64,000 nt of DNA from the IMG/VR virus record IMGVR_UViG_2718217944_000002. One strand, 5' to 3'. The notes under the pieces were generated by a model. The model saw nothing but the letters and a program-made list of their open reading frames with translations. It did no database searches and was not told the origin of the DNA. Shown piece by piece: positions 8,185 through 17,932 of the stretch. This DNA is from a virus. Both the position numbers and the translations under genes were made by a program. Positions within the stretch are counted from its first letter, which is position 1; each line of letters begins with the position of its first letter.

Positions 8185-8679
8185 ATGGCCGGAACGGCAG
8201 GCCGATCCGGGCGGCGCCCAAAGCCGACCGCCCGCAAGGAATTGGCCGGCAATCCCGGTAAACGAGCCCTGAATAAGGACGAGCCGGTATTCACCCCGAT
8301 AAAGGGCGCGGAGCCGCCGGCATGGTTTGAAGAAGAGGGGCTCCACCTGGCCACGGTGATGTGGCAAATGACCACCAAAGAGCTTTGCGGCCAGGGCATT
8401 CTGTGCATCACGGATCTGGCTGTGCTGGAGCGGTGGTGCGTGGCGTATGAGTTTTGGCGCCGGGCAGTCAAGAACATTGCTAAACAGGGCAACGTGGTGA
8501 CCGGTGCCACCGGCGGCCCGATAAAGAACCCTCAATTGACGGCGAAAAAAGAACAGGAGACGGAGATGAGCAGCACCGGCGCCATGCTGGGGCTCGATCC
8601 GGGAAGCCGCCAACGGCTGATAGGACTCGCCGGCCAGAAAAAAACGGATAATCCATTCATTAAGTTGATCACATCATGA
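8185..8679 (+). CDS. terS: Terminase small subunit (P27 family)
   Basis: GRRPKPT...GNPGKR; ERWCVAY; [10 protein letters not shown]. Confidence 0.9.
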   Translation: MAGTAGRSGRRPKPTARKELAGNPGKRALNKDEPVFTPIKGAEPPAWFEEEGLHLATVMWQMTTKELCGQGILCITDLAVLERWCVAYEFWRRAVKNIAKQGNVVTGATGGPIKNPQLTAKKEQETEMSSTGAMLGLDPGSRQRLIGLAGQKKTDNPFIKLITS

Positions 8680-10409
8680 AGAGAAAATCTTACCCCAACG
8701 TGAATGCTGCCAATCAGTATGCGCGTGATGTGGTGCGCGGCAAGATAGTGGCCTGCCAGTATGTGGTAAGCAGCTGCCAGCGGCATCTTGATGATCTGGC
8801 CGAAGAAAAGGGGCGAAAGTTTCGCTACCGCTTTGACAGGGATCTGGCGGAGCAGGCCGCGCGATTCATCCAGCTATTACCGCACACCAAGGGCGAATGG
8901 GCATACAAGCGGATGCCGATCACCCTGGAGCCGTGGCAGCTGTTTATCGTCTGCGCCGTCTTTGGCTGGGTGCATAAAGGCACCAAGCTGCGGCGGTTTC
9001 GCGAGGTCTACACCGAGATCCCCCGCAAGAACGGCAAATCGGCCATCTCGGCTGGCGTGGCGCTCTACGGGTTTACCTGCGACGGTGAGTTCGGCGCCGA
9101 GGTGTATTCCGGCGCGACCACCGAAAAGCAGGCCTGGGAAGTGTTCCGCCCGGCCCGGCTGATGTGCAAGCGTACGCCGATGCTGATGGAGGCTTTCGGT
9201 ATTGAGGCCAATGCGTCCAACCTCAACCGGCCGGAGGACGGCGCCCGCTTTGAACCGCTGATCGGCAACCCGGGCGACGGTTCATCGCCCAGCCTGGCGG
9301 TGGTGGATGAATACCATGAACATCAGACCGATGCGCTCTATACCACCATGTTGACCGGCATGGGCGCCCGGCGGCAACCGCTGATGTGGGCGATCACCAC
9401 GGCCGGCTACAACATCGAGGGGCCGTGCTACGACAAGCGCCGGGAAGTGGTGGAGATGCTCAACGGCACCGTGCCGAACGATGAGCTGTTCGGGATCATC
9501 TATACCATCGACGAAGGCGACGACTGGACAAAACCGGAGGCGTTGGTCAAGGCCAACCCCAATATGGGCGTCTCGGTTTACAAAGATTTCCTGCTCAGCC
9601 AACAGCAGCGGGCGATCAACAACGCCCGCCACGCCGGTACATTCAAGACCAAACATCTCAATATCTGGGTCGCGGCGCGGGATGCCTTCTATAACCTGGT
9701 GAGCCTCAAGCGCTGTGAAGATACCACGCTGACGCTCGAGCAGTTTGAAGGGCAGCCCTGCATTCTGGCGTTTGACCTGGCGCGCAAGCTGGACATGAAC
9801 AGCATGGGACGGCTGTTTACGCGGGACATTGACGGCAAGCGCCATTATTACAGCATTGCGCCGCGGTTCTGGGTGCCGTATGACACGGTCTACAGCGTTG
9901 AACGCAGCGAGGATCGGCGTACGGCGGAGCGCTTCCAGAAATGGGTGGAAATGGGATTGCTGATGGTTACGGACGGCGCGGAGATTGATTACCGCTACAT
10001 CATGGAAGAGGCCCGGGCAGCCAACCGGCTTAACCCGGTAGAGGAATCGCCTATCGACCCCTTCGGCGCCACTGGCATATCGCACGAGCTGGCCGATGAA
10101 AACATGTCGCCCATTACGATCATCCAGAATTACACCAACATGTCCGACCCGATGAAAGAGCTGGAGGCCGCTATCGAGTCTGGCCGGTTCCACCACGACG
10201 GTAACCCCATCATGGTCTGGTGTCTCAGCAACGTGATCGGCAAGTATTTGCCGGGGAACGATGATGTGGTGCGGCCAATCAAGGAGCAGGCCGAGAACAA
10301 GATTGACGGCGCTGTCACGCTGATTATGGCCATCGGTCGCGCCATGCTGAATGAGCCGGGCGATTTTCTTTCCAATATCGATCCAGACGAAGACCTCTTA
10401 TATCTATGA
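8676..10409 (+). CDS. terL: Terminase large subunit
   Basis: Walker A IPRKNGKS, Walker B VVDEYH, C-terminal KIDG nuclease motif. Confidence 0.95.
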   Translation: MKRKSYPNVNAANQYARDVVRGKIVACQYVVSSCQRHLDDLAEEKGRKFRYRFDRDLAEQAARFIQLLPHTKGEWAYKRMPITLEPWQLFIVCAVFGWVHKGTKLRRFREVYTEIPRKNGKSAISAGVALYGFTCDGEFGAEVYSGATTEKQAWEVFRPARLMCKRTPMLMEAFGIEANASNLNRPEDGARFEPLIGNPGDGSSPSLAVVDEYHEHQTDALYTTMLTGMGARRQPLMWAITTAGYNIEGPCYDKRREVVEMLNGTVPNDELFGIIYTIDEGDDWTKPEALVKANPNMGVSVYKDFLLSQQQRAINNARHAGTFKTKHLNIWVAARDAFYNLVSLKRCEDTTLTLEQFEGQPCILAFDLARKLDMNSMGRLFTRDIDGKRHYYSIAPRFWVPYDTVYSVERSEDRRTAERFQKWVEMGLLMVTDGAEIDYRYIMEEARAANRLNPVEESPIDPFGATGISHELADENMSPITIIQNYTNMSDPMKELEAAIESGRFHHDGNPIMVWCLSNVIGKYLPGNDDVVRPIKEQAENKIDGAVTLIMAIGRAMLNEPGDFLSNIDPDEDLLYL

Positions 10410-10567
10410 AAACATTGATTATCGATGCTATCGGTCTGGCCGGTTTCGGTCTGCTGGTGGCGGGCATCTACCTGCAGTTTGGCACCGCCATTGCGCTTCA
10501 GAGCGCCGGCGGCGGTTTGCTGGCATTCGCGCTGATCGCGGCCAGAAGGGGGAAACGTGTTACTTGA
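10406..10567 (+). CDS. Small membrane protein between terL and portal
   Basis: 53 aa [26 protein letters not shown]..., two TM segments, overlaps both neighbours. Confidence 0.75.
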   Translation: MKTLIIDAIGLAGFGLLVAGIYLQFGTAIALQSAGGGLLAFALIAARRGKRVT

Positions 10568-11783
10568 TGCGCTATTTCGCAGTGAGCCGCTGGAAAATCC
10601 GGCCAATCCGGTCACCGCCGAAATGGCGGAAATGGACGGCTTGCTCCAGGCGGACGTGTACGTCAGCCCGGAAACATCGATGAAGCTGGCCGCGGTTTAT
10701 TCGTGCATTTACGTGTTGGCGTCCAACGTGGCCCAGATGCCGCTGCATGTGATGCGGAAAACGGAAAAAGGCGTGAATGTGGCGCGCGATCACCCTGTTT
10801 TTTATCTGGTGCATGACGAGCCCAACGACTGGCAGACCAGCTATAAATGGCGCGAGCTGAAGCAGCGGCACATTCTCGGCTGGGGTAACGGGTTTACCCG
10901 GGTGCATCGGACGCGCCGCGGCGAGGTCAGCGGACTTGAGGCGTGTATGCCGTGGGAAACCACGCTGCTGAATACCGGCGGCCGCTATACCTATGGCGTC
11001 TATAACGAGCTTGGCAGCTTCGCCATCAGCCCTGACGACATGATCCACATCCGTGCGCTGGGCAATAACCAGAAAATGGGCCTCAGCCCCATCCTGCAGC
11101 ACGCCGAGACGATCGGCATGGGCATGAGCGGACAGAAATACACCAGTTCCTTTTTCAGTGGGAATGCGCGGCCGGCGGGCATTGTGTCCGTGAAGGGGGA
11201 GATCCAGGACAAGGGCTGGGAGCGGTTGAAGAAAGTCTGGCAAAAGGCGTCGCTGGCGCTGCGTGGCCAGGAGAATAAAACCCTGCTGTTACCCGCAGAA
11301 CTTGATTACAGGGCGCTGTCCGTATCCCCGGTAGACGCCCAGATCATCGACATGATGAAGCTGAACCGTTCGATGATTGCCGGCATATTCAACGTGCCGG
11401 CGCACATGATTAACGATCTGGAAAAAGCCACCTTCAGCAATATCACCGAGCAGGCCATTCAGTTTGTCCGCTATACCATCATGCCCTGGGTTGCCAACTG
11501 GGAGCAGGAGCTTAACCGCCGACTGTTCACCCGGGCGGAGCGAGCGGCGGGGTATTACGTCCGCTTTAACCTTGCTGGGCTGATGCGCGGTACGCCGAAA
11601 GAGCGCGCCCAGTTCTACCACTACGCCATCATTGACGGCTGGATGAGCCGCAACGAGGCCCGCGCCTTCGAGGATATGAACCCGGTAGACGGGCTGGATG
11701 AAATGCTGGTCAGCGTGAATGCGGCCAACCCAACCAAAAACGTAATCGACGACAAAACCAAAGAGGAAGACGCCGATGAGTGA
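10557..11783 (+). CDS. Portal protein, HK97 family
   Basis: AVYSCIYVLASNVAQMPL, GLSPI, IAGIFNVP motifs. Confidence 0.95.
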   Translation: MLLDALFRSEPLENPANPVTAEMAEMDGLLQADVYVSPETSMKLAAVYSCIYVLASNVAQMPLHVMRKTEKGVNVARDHPVFYLVHDEPNDWQTSYKWRELKQRHILGWGNGFTRVHRTRRGEVSGLEACMPWETTLLNTGGRYTYGVYNELGSFAISPDDMIHIRALGNNQKMGLSPILQHAETIGMGMSGQKYTSSFFSGNARPAGIVSVKGEIQDKGWERLKKVWQKASLALRGQENKTLLLPAELDYRALSVSPVDAQIIDMMKLNRSMIAGIFNVPAHMINDLEKATFSNITEQAIQFVRYTIMPWVANWEQELNRRLFTRAERAAGYYVRFNLAGLMRGTPKERAQFYHYAIIDGWMSRNEARAFEDMNPVDGLDEMLVSVNAANPTKNVIDDKTKEEDADE

Positions 11784-12375
11784 CAGAGAAACGCGCTGTT
11801 ACAGAGGTGAAGTGCGCGCGCAGCAGCAGGAAGACCAACCGACGCGGATTATCGGTTACGGCTCGGTGTTCAATATCCGTTCTGAACCGCTGTGGGGCTT
11901 TCGCGAGATAATTAAGCCAGGCGCCTTCGACGATGTACTGAATGATGATGTGCGCGGGCTGTTTAACCACGATCCCAACTTCATTCTGGGCCGGAGCACC
12001 TCGGGAACGCTCAAGGTTTCCGTAGATGAGCGTGGTCTGCAATATGACATTGAGGCGCCGGATACCCAGACCATCCGCGATCTGGTGCTGGCGCCGATGC
12101 AACGCGGCGACATTAACCAGTCGTCCTTTGCGTTCCGCGTAGCCCGCGACGGCGATCGCTGGTACGAGGACGAGGAAGGCGTGGTTATTCGCGAGATCCA
12201 CAAATTCTCCCGGCTGTATGACGTCAGTCCGGTGACGTATCCGGCCTATCAGGCGGCAGATTCTGCCGTCCGTTCTTTGAAAGCCTGGCAGGAGGCGCGC
12301 GATAGTGGCGCGATCACCAATGCCGTAAACCAACGAATGGCGCGTGAGCGCCTCCTGACTTTACTTAATGTGTAA
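11776..12375 (+). CDS. Prohead protease, HK97 family
   Basis: IIGYGSVFN, LFNHD, SSFAF, DVSPVTYPAY. Confidence 0.95.
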   Translation: MSDRETRCYRGEVRAQQQEDQPTRIIGYGSVFNIRSEPLWGFREIIKPGAFDDVLNDDVRGLFNHDPNFILGRSTSGTLKVSVDERGLQYDIEAPDTQTIRDLVLAPMQRGDINQSSFAFRVARDGDRWYEDEEGVVIREIHKFSRLYDVSPVTYPAYQAADSAVRSLKAWQEARDSGAITNAVNQRMARERLLTLLNV

Positions 12376-12384
12376 GGAAAAACT

Positions 12385-13623
12385 ATGTCTGCGTCCAAAT
12401 TGCATGAACTGAAGCAAAAACGAAACACCATCGCCACCGACATGCGCGCCTTGCATGACAAAATTGGTGATAACGCCTGGACCGATGAGCAGCGCACCGA
12501 GTGGAAGAAGGCTCAGGGCGAGCTGCAGGCCGTCGATGAGAAAATCGAGCGGGAAGAGTCCTTGCGCTCGCTGGATCAATCATTTATTGAGCAGCAGGAA
12601 GAGGAGCAGCGCCAAAAGCAGAATAAAGACCCTAAAGGTAAAGATCCTGAGCAGCGCGTTGCCGTGTTCGATAAATGGATGCGTCACGGTGCGGCCGAGC
12701 TGACCGCCGAAGAGCGCCAGGCGTTGCGTGAGCTGCGCGCGCAGGGCGTTGCGCCGGATGAGAAGGGCGGCTACACCGTGCCAAACACCTTCCTGGCGAA
12801 AGTGGTTGAGCAGATGAAAGCTTATGGCGGCATCGCCGGTGTGGCGCAGATCCTGACCACCTCTGACGGCCGAACCATGGAGTGGGCAACAGCTGACGGA
12901 ACGGATGAGGTGGGTGTGCTGCTGGGTGAGAACGAAGAAGCCGGCGAAGAAGATACCGAATTCGGCATGGACAGCCTGGGTGCGCTGAAGTTGACATCCA
13001 AAATCATCCGCGTGTCCAACGAGCTGCTGCAGGATAGCGCGATTGATATGGAAGCCTACCTTGCCCGCCGGATCGCCGAGCGTATCGGCCGCGGTGAGGC
13101 GCGTTATCTGATCCGTGGTACCGGCACCGGTACACCGAAACAGCCGAAAGGTCTGGTTACTTCCGTGAACAAAACCACCGCGACTGCGTCGGCAACAGCG
13201 GTGAACTGGAAAGAGATCCTGACGCTGAAACACTCCATCGACCCGGCATACCGTCGCGGCGACCGTTTCCGCCTGGCCTTCAACGATAATACGCTGAAAC
13301 TGATCAGTGAAATGGAAGACGGCCAGGGGCGTCCACTGTGGCTGCCGGATATTGTCGGCGTGGCGCCGGCGTCGGTGCTGAACGTGCCGTACGTGATTGA
13401 TCAGGAGATCGATGATATTGGCGCCGGCAAGAAGTTCATGTTCTGCGGCGATTTCAATCGATTCATCATCCGCCGCGTCAATTACATGATCCTCAAGCGT
13501 CTGGTTGAGCGTTATGCCGAGTTCGACCAGACCGGCTTCGTCGCTTTCCACCGCTTCGATTGCATCCTGGAAGATACCTCTGCCATCAAGGCGCTGGTGG
13601 GTAAAGGATCGGCCAGCAGCTGA
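12385..13623 (+). CDS. Major capsid protein, HK97 fold
   Basis: Coiled-coil delta domain, GGYTVP, SNELLQDS, GDFNRF motifs. Confidence 0.95.
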   Translation: MSASKLHELKQKRNTIATDMRALHDKIGDNAWTDEQRTEWKKAQGELQAVDEKIEREESLRSLDQSFIEQQEEEQRQKQNKDPKGKDPEQRVAVFDKWMRHGAAELTAEERQALRELRAQGVAPDEKGGYTVPNTFLAKVVEQMKAYGGIAGVAQILTTSDGRTMEWATADGTDEVGVLLGENEEAGEEDTEFGMDSLGALKLTSKIIRVSNELLQDSAIDMEAYLARRIAERIGRGEARYLIRGTGTGTPKQPKGLVTSVNKTTATASATAVNWKEILTLKHSIDPAYRRGDRFRLAFNDNTLKLISEMEDGQGRPLWLPDIVGVAPASVLNVPYVIDQEIDDIGAGKKFMFCGDFNRFIIRRVNYMILKRLVERYAEFDQTGFVAFHRFDCILEDTSAIKALVGKGSASS

Positions 13624-13703
13624 TAGCGACGCCAACCGAAGTTCAACATGCCGCGTAAAGCGGTTTTTTTGTGCCCGCCGTTTGGCGGGCACCGGAGAAA
13701 GCT

Positions 13704-14027
13704 ATGTTGCTGAAACTCGAAGAAATCAAGGCGCAGTGCAAGTTGGAGCCTGATTTTACAGAGGAAGATGCATTGCTAGAACTGATTGGCCGGGCGGTTC
13801 AGACGCGTACCGAGACGTTTCTTAATCGAAAACTCTATGCACCCGACAGCGAGATCCCCGAGTCCGATCCGGATGGTCTGCACCTTCCCGACGATATCAA
13901 GATTGGCATGCTGCTGTTGGCGACTCACTACTATGAGAACCGCTCGGCGGTGTCGGACTTTGAAAAGGCCAGCCTGCCGATGGGCTTTCTGTGGAACGTG
14001 CAACCCTACAGGTATATCCCGCTATGA
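13704..14027 (+). CDS. Head-tail connector (gp6-like)
   Basis: LEEIKAQCKL...MLLLATHYYENR. Confidence 0.85.
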   Translation: MLLKLEEIKAQCKLEPDFTEEDALLELIGRAVQTRTETFLNRKLYAPDSEIPESDPDGLHLPDDIKIGMLLLATHYYENRSAVSDFEKASLPMGFLWNVQPYRYIPL

Positions 14028-14434
14028 AAATCCGTCAGGCGCAGACCAGTGCCAGCTATTTGCTGCCCGACCCGGGCGAGCTGGATAAACGGATCGTTAT
14101 CCGGCGGCGCGTAGATGAACCGACAGACAGTTTCGGTTTGGCGCCGACTTTTCCCGAGTCGTTCCGTGCCTGGGCCAAGATGGCGCAGGTGGGGGCGGCC
14201 ACTTATCAGGCGTCGGTCCAGACGGAGACGACCGTCACCCATTACTTCACCTTGCGTTACCGTTCTGGCATTACCGCCGATCACGAGGTCGTATTGTCCG
14301 GCCAGGTTTACCGGGTGCGGCGTGTGCGCGATCTGAACAGTAAAGGGCGCTTCCTGTTGCTGGAATGCGAAGAGCTTGGCAGCGAAACCCGAAGGAGTGA
14401 GCGGTATGGCGGCGAAAGCGTCTTTACACGTTGA
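14024..14434 (+). CDS. Head closure protein (SPP1 gp16-like)
   Basis: DPGELDKRI...LRYRSGITAD...FLLLECEE; position after connector. Confidence 0.85.
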   Translation: MKIRQAQTSASYLLPDPGELDKRIVIRRRVDEPTDSFGLAPTFPESFRAWAKMAQVGAATYQASVQTETTVTHYFTLRYRSGITADHEVVLSGQVYRVRRVRDLNSKGRFLLLECEELGSETRRSERYGGESVFTR

Positions 14435-14924
14435 TTTCCAGCAACCGACAGAGTTGGTTTTCAACCGTGCCCGCCTTCGGCGTGCTTTTGTGCGCATCGG
14501 TCAGATCCACATGCGCGATGCGCGGCGGTTAGTGATGCATCGTGGCCGCTCGGAACCGGGGGATAACCCGGCCTTCCGAACCGGCCGCCTTGCGCGCTCT
14601 ATCGGTTACTACGTCCCGCGAGCCTCAAAGCGGCGCCCGGGCTTGATGGTGAAGATCTCTCCCAACCAGAAGAACGGCGAGGGAAACCGCCATATTAACG
14701 GGGCTTTTTACCCTGCGTTTCTGTTCTACGGGGTTCGCCGTGGGGCGAAGCGTCAGAAAAAACATCATCGTGGCGCCTCGGGGGGCACCGAGTGGCGGAT
14801 TGCTCCGCGTAATAACTTCATGGTGGAAGTATTGGAGCGCCGGCGCAGCTGGACCCGATACACCCTTTCGCGTGAATTGCGAAAATCGCTGCGGCCACAG
14901 CGCCGCAAAAGGAAAACAGCGTGA
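14406..14924 (+). CDS. Neck protein (HK97 gp10-like)
   Basis: Basic protein with PAFRTGRLARSIG, YPAFLFYG; neck position. Confidence 0.7.
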   Translation: MAAKASLHVDFQQPTELVFNRARLRRAFVRIGQIHMRDARRLVMHRGRSEPGDNPAFRTGRLARSIGYYVPRASKRRPGLMVKISPNQKNGEGNRHINGAFYPAFLFYGVRRGAKRQKKHHRGASGGTEWRIAPRNNFMVEVLERRRSWTRYTLSRELRKSLRPQRRKRKTA

Positions 14925-15481
14925 AATTAACCCACATTATTGCTGCACTGCGTGCCCGCTGCCCGCGGTTTGAAAACCGGGTCGGAGGCGCGGCGCAGTT
15001 CAAGGCTATCCCCGATGTCGGGAAACTGCTGCTCCCGGCGGCGTATGTTGTGCCGGCCGATGATACACCCAGCGAGCAGAAGAGCCAGACGGACTATTGG
15101 CAGGATTTGACCGAAGGGTTTTCGGTCATTGTGGTGCTGAGCAACGGGCGCGATGAGCGTGGGCAGTGGGCGTCTTACGATGCGGTGCACGATGTGCGGG
15201 CCGAGGTTTGGAAAGCCTTGCTGGGCTGGGAGCCGGATCCGGATGTCGGCCCCATTTGCTATGCCGGCGGCACGGTACTCGATTTGAACCGCGCCGAACT
15301 CTATTACCAGTTCGATTTTACGGTAGACCGGGAGATAACCGAGGAAGACACCCGCCAACAGGACGATTTGGACGCGCTGGACGAGTTCAAAACCTTGTCG
15401 ATTGATGTGGATTACATCGACCCTGGCGCCGGCCCCGATGGGAAGATCGAGCACCACACCGAAATACATTTCAGCGAGTAA
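14921..15481 (+). CDS. Tail terminator-like protein
   Basis: LPAAYVVP motif; position before sheath in SfV-like phages. Confidence 0.7.
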   Translation: MKLTHIIAALRARCPRFENRVGGAAQFKAIPDVGKLLLPAAYVVPADDTPSEQKSQTDYWQDLTEGFSVIVVLSNGRDERGQWASYDAVHDVRAEVWKALLGWEPDPDVGPICYAGGTVLDLNRAELYYQFDFTVDREITEEDTRQQDDLDALDEFKTLSIDVDYIDPGAGPDGKIEHHTEIHFSE

Positions 15482-15484
15482 CCC

Positions 15485-15658
15485 ATGTATCTGATCCCCA
15501 ACAAAGGGCGAACCGTTCCCGACCCGGCGCGTGGCGATGTTTTGCCACCAGGCGGAAGGAATGTTGAACCCAGCACGTATTGGATGCGTCGGCTGGCGGC
15601 CGGCGATGTTCGACAACAAGACAATTCACCGGCCAAACCGAGAGGTAACACACAATGA
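15485..15658 (+). CDS. Small tail-associated protein (DUF2635-like)
   Basis: 57 aa MYLIPNKGRTVPDPARG...YWMRRLAAGDV. Confidence 0.75.
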   Translation: MYLIPNKGRTVPDPARGDVLPPGGRNVEPSTYWMRRLAAGDVRQQDNSPAKPRGNTQ

Positions 15659-17172
15659 CCGTGAGCTTTAATAACATCCCGGCGGATGTTCGGGTTCCGC
15701 TGTTTTATGCGGAAATGGACAACAGCGCCGCAAATACGGCGCAGGATAACGCCCCATCGCTGCTGTTTGGCATGGCGCTGCCTGATTCGGAGATAGCGGC
15801 AAACGAACTGGTTATCATGCCTTCCGCGGATCTGGCGGGGAAATTGGCCGGCCGTGGCAGTCAACTGGCGCGAATGGTCGCTGCTTACCGTAAGGTTGAC
15901 CCCTTTGGTGAGCTGTGGGTGATTGCGTTGCCTGATGGTTCGGGAACCGCCGCCAAGGGCACAGTGACCCTTTCCGGCACGGCGACGGCCGCCGGCAGCA
16001 TCAGCCTGTATATCGGTACCACCCGGGTGCAGGCAGTGGTGGCGACTGAAGATAAGGCCAAGGCTGTTGCCACAACACTCGCCGCCGCTATCAATGCGCG
16101 TCCGGATCTGCCCGTAAAGGCAGAAGTTTTGGCAACGTCTGGCGGCGATGTGCAGGGGGTAGTGACGCTGACGGCGGTCAACAAAGGGGTATCGGGTAAC
16201 GATATTCCGCTGGCGGTGAACTATTACGGCAGCGTGGGTGGTGAAGAGGTGCCGGCCGGGCTGACTGCTCAGATTGGCGTCATGAAGGGCGGGGCGGGTT
16301 CCCCTGATATGGCGCCGGCGGTGGCAGCCATGGGCGATGCGCCGTTTGATTACATCGGACTCCCCTTCAGTGATATGCCGTCCCTGCAGCTGATGGCGAT
16401 GGAAATGAACGACAGCAGCGGCCGCTGGAGCTATATGCGGCAGCTGTATGGCCATGTGTATACCGCTAAGGTGGGCGATTTGTCCGAGCTGGTGGCTTTC
16501 GGTGACGGACTCAATAACCAGCATATTACCGTTGCCGGCTATGAGCCGGATTGCCAGACGCCGCTGGATGAGTTGGTCGCCGGCCGCCTTGCGCGCGCGG
16601 CGGTATTCCTGCGTATTGATCCCGCCCGGCCGACGCAGACCGGAGAGTTGACGGGCGCAATGCCGGCCCCGGTGGGTAAGCGCTTCATTATGACGGAGCA
16701 GCAGTCCTTGCTGACCCATGGTATCGCGACCGCGTATGCGGAAGGCGGCAGCCTGCGGATCCAGCGTGATATCACCACGTACAAGAAAAATGCCTACGGC
16801 GTGGCAGATAACAGCTATCTGGACAGCGAAACGCTGCATACCAGCGCTTATGTTCTGCGTCGTCTCAAGTCGGTGATCACCTCGAAGTATGGGCGCCACA
16901 AGCTGGCCAATGATGGCACACGCTTTGGCCCGGGTCAGGCCATTGTGACGCCGGCGGTGATCCGCGGTGAGCTTTGCGCGACCTATCGCCAGCTTGAGCG
17001 CGAGGGCATTGTTGAAAACTTCGAGCTGTTCCAGAAATACCTGATTGTTGAGCGTAACGCCAATGACCCGAGCCGCCTGGATGTCCTGTTCCCACCGGAT
17101 TACGTCAATCAGCTGCGTGTCTTTGCTCTGCTCAACCAATTCCGTCTGCAGTACAACGAGGAGGCCGCCTGA
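15655..17172 (+). CDS. Tail sheath protein (Mu gpL-like)
   Basis: VRVPLFYAEMDNS, DPARPTQT, RLDVLFPPD. Confidence 0.95.
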   Translation: MTVSFNNIPADVRVPLFYAEMDNSAANTAQDNAPSLLFGMALPDSEIAANELVIMPSADLAGKLAGRGSQLARMVAAYRKVDPFGELWVIALPDGSGTAAKGTVTLSGTATAAGSISLYIGTTRVQAVVATEDKAKAVATTLAAAINARPDLPVKAEVLATSGGDVQGVVTLTAVNKGVSGNDIPLAVNYYGSVGGEEVPAGLTAQIGVMKGGAGSPDMAPAVAAMGDAPFDYIGLPFSDMPSLQLMAMEMNDSSGRWSYMRQLYGHVYTAKVGDLSELVAFGDGLNNQHITVAGYEPDCQTPLDELVAGRLARAAVFLRIDPARPTQTGELTGAMPAPVGKRFIMTEQQSLLTHGIATAYAEGGSLRIQRDITTYKKNAYGVADNSYLDSETLHTSAYVLRRLKSVITSKYGRHKLANDGTRFGPGQAIVTPAVIRGELCATYRQLEREGIVENFELFQKYLIVERNANDPSRLDVLFPPDYVNQLRVFALLNQFRLQYNEEAA

Positions 17173-17528
17173 TGGCTAAGATCGCCGGTACCTGTTACCT
17201 AAAAATTGACGGTCAGCAACTGTCGCTCACCGGTGGCATTGAAGTGCCGATGAACACCGTGGTGCGCGATGATGTGATTGGCCTGGCGGGGGACGTGGAT
17301 CACAAAGAAACCCACCGCGCCCCTTATGTGAAAGGCACCTTTAAGGTGCCGAAGGCGTTCCCCATCAACAAGCTGGTGTCGTCTACGGCCATGACCATCA
17401 CCGCCGAGCTGGCAAATGGGATGGTGTATGTGCTGGGTAGCGCCTGGTTGCACGGCGAGGCCAATCATAACCCCGAGGAAGGCACCGCCGACCTGGAATT
17501 CCACGGTGAAGAAGGATTCTATCAATGA
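17172..17528 (+). CDS. Tail tube protein (Mu gpM-like)
   Basis: IAGTCYLKIDG; 118 aa directly after sheath. Confidence 0.9.
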   Translation: MAKIAGTCYLKIDGQQLSLTGGIEVPMNTVVRDDVIGLAGDVDHKETHRAPYVKGTFKVPKAFPINKLVSSTAMTITAELANGMVYVLGSAWLHGEANHNPEEGTADLEFHGEEGFYQ

Positions 17529-17848
17529 AAGAAATCACCCTGAGTAAGCCGATCACGGCGCACGGCGAGACGCTGCATGTCATTGAGCTGCAGGAGCCCA
17601 CGTATGACCAGGTAGCGAAATTTGGTATGCCGTTCTCGCTGACGGAGTCCGGCGGCGTCAAGCTGGATTCCGCCGCGGCGTTGGCCTATATCCCTGAGTT
17701 GGCGGGTATTCCGCTTTCCTCCGCCAGGCAGTTGGCGCTGTTTGATGTTTTTGCTATCTCAATGTCTATTCTCGGTTTTTTTACGGCGTCGAAAACTCCG
17801 GGGAACTCCGAAAGCGGCTCTACAACACTGCCTATTTCTGGCGATTGA
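17525..17848 (+). CDS. Tail assembly chaperone; probable -1 frameshift extension to 17940
   Basis: Between tube and TMP; GGTTTTTTTA at 17774-17783; -1 frame open to TGA at 17938-17940. Confidence 0.8.
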   Translation: MKEITLSKPITAHGETLHVIELQEPTYDQVAKFGMPFSLTESGGVKLDSAAALAYIPELAGIPLSSARQLALFDVFAISMSILGFFTASKTPGNSESGSTTLPISGD

Positions 17849-17932
17849 ACCCGCTTGATCTGCGCCGGCTCGCACTGAGCCGGTTTTTTGAGCTGGAGGC
17901 TGAGGCCATCCGCATCAATGAGGAGATGAACC

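Noticed and set aside
9282-17139. Long minus-strand ORFs (9282-10196, 12580-13692, 15412-17139 and others)
   Set aside because: Antisense shadows of GC-rich structural genes; no motifs or SD
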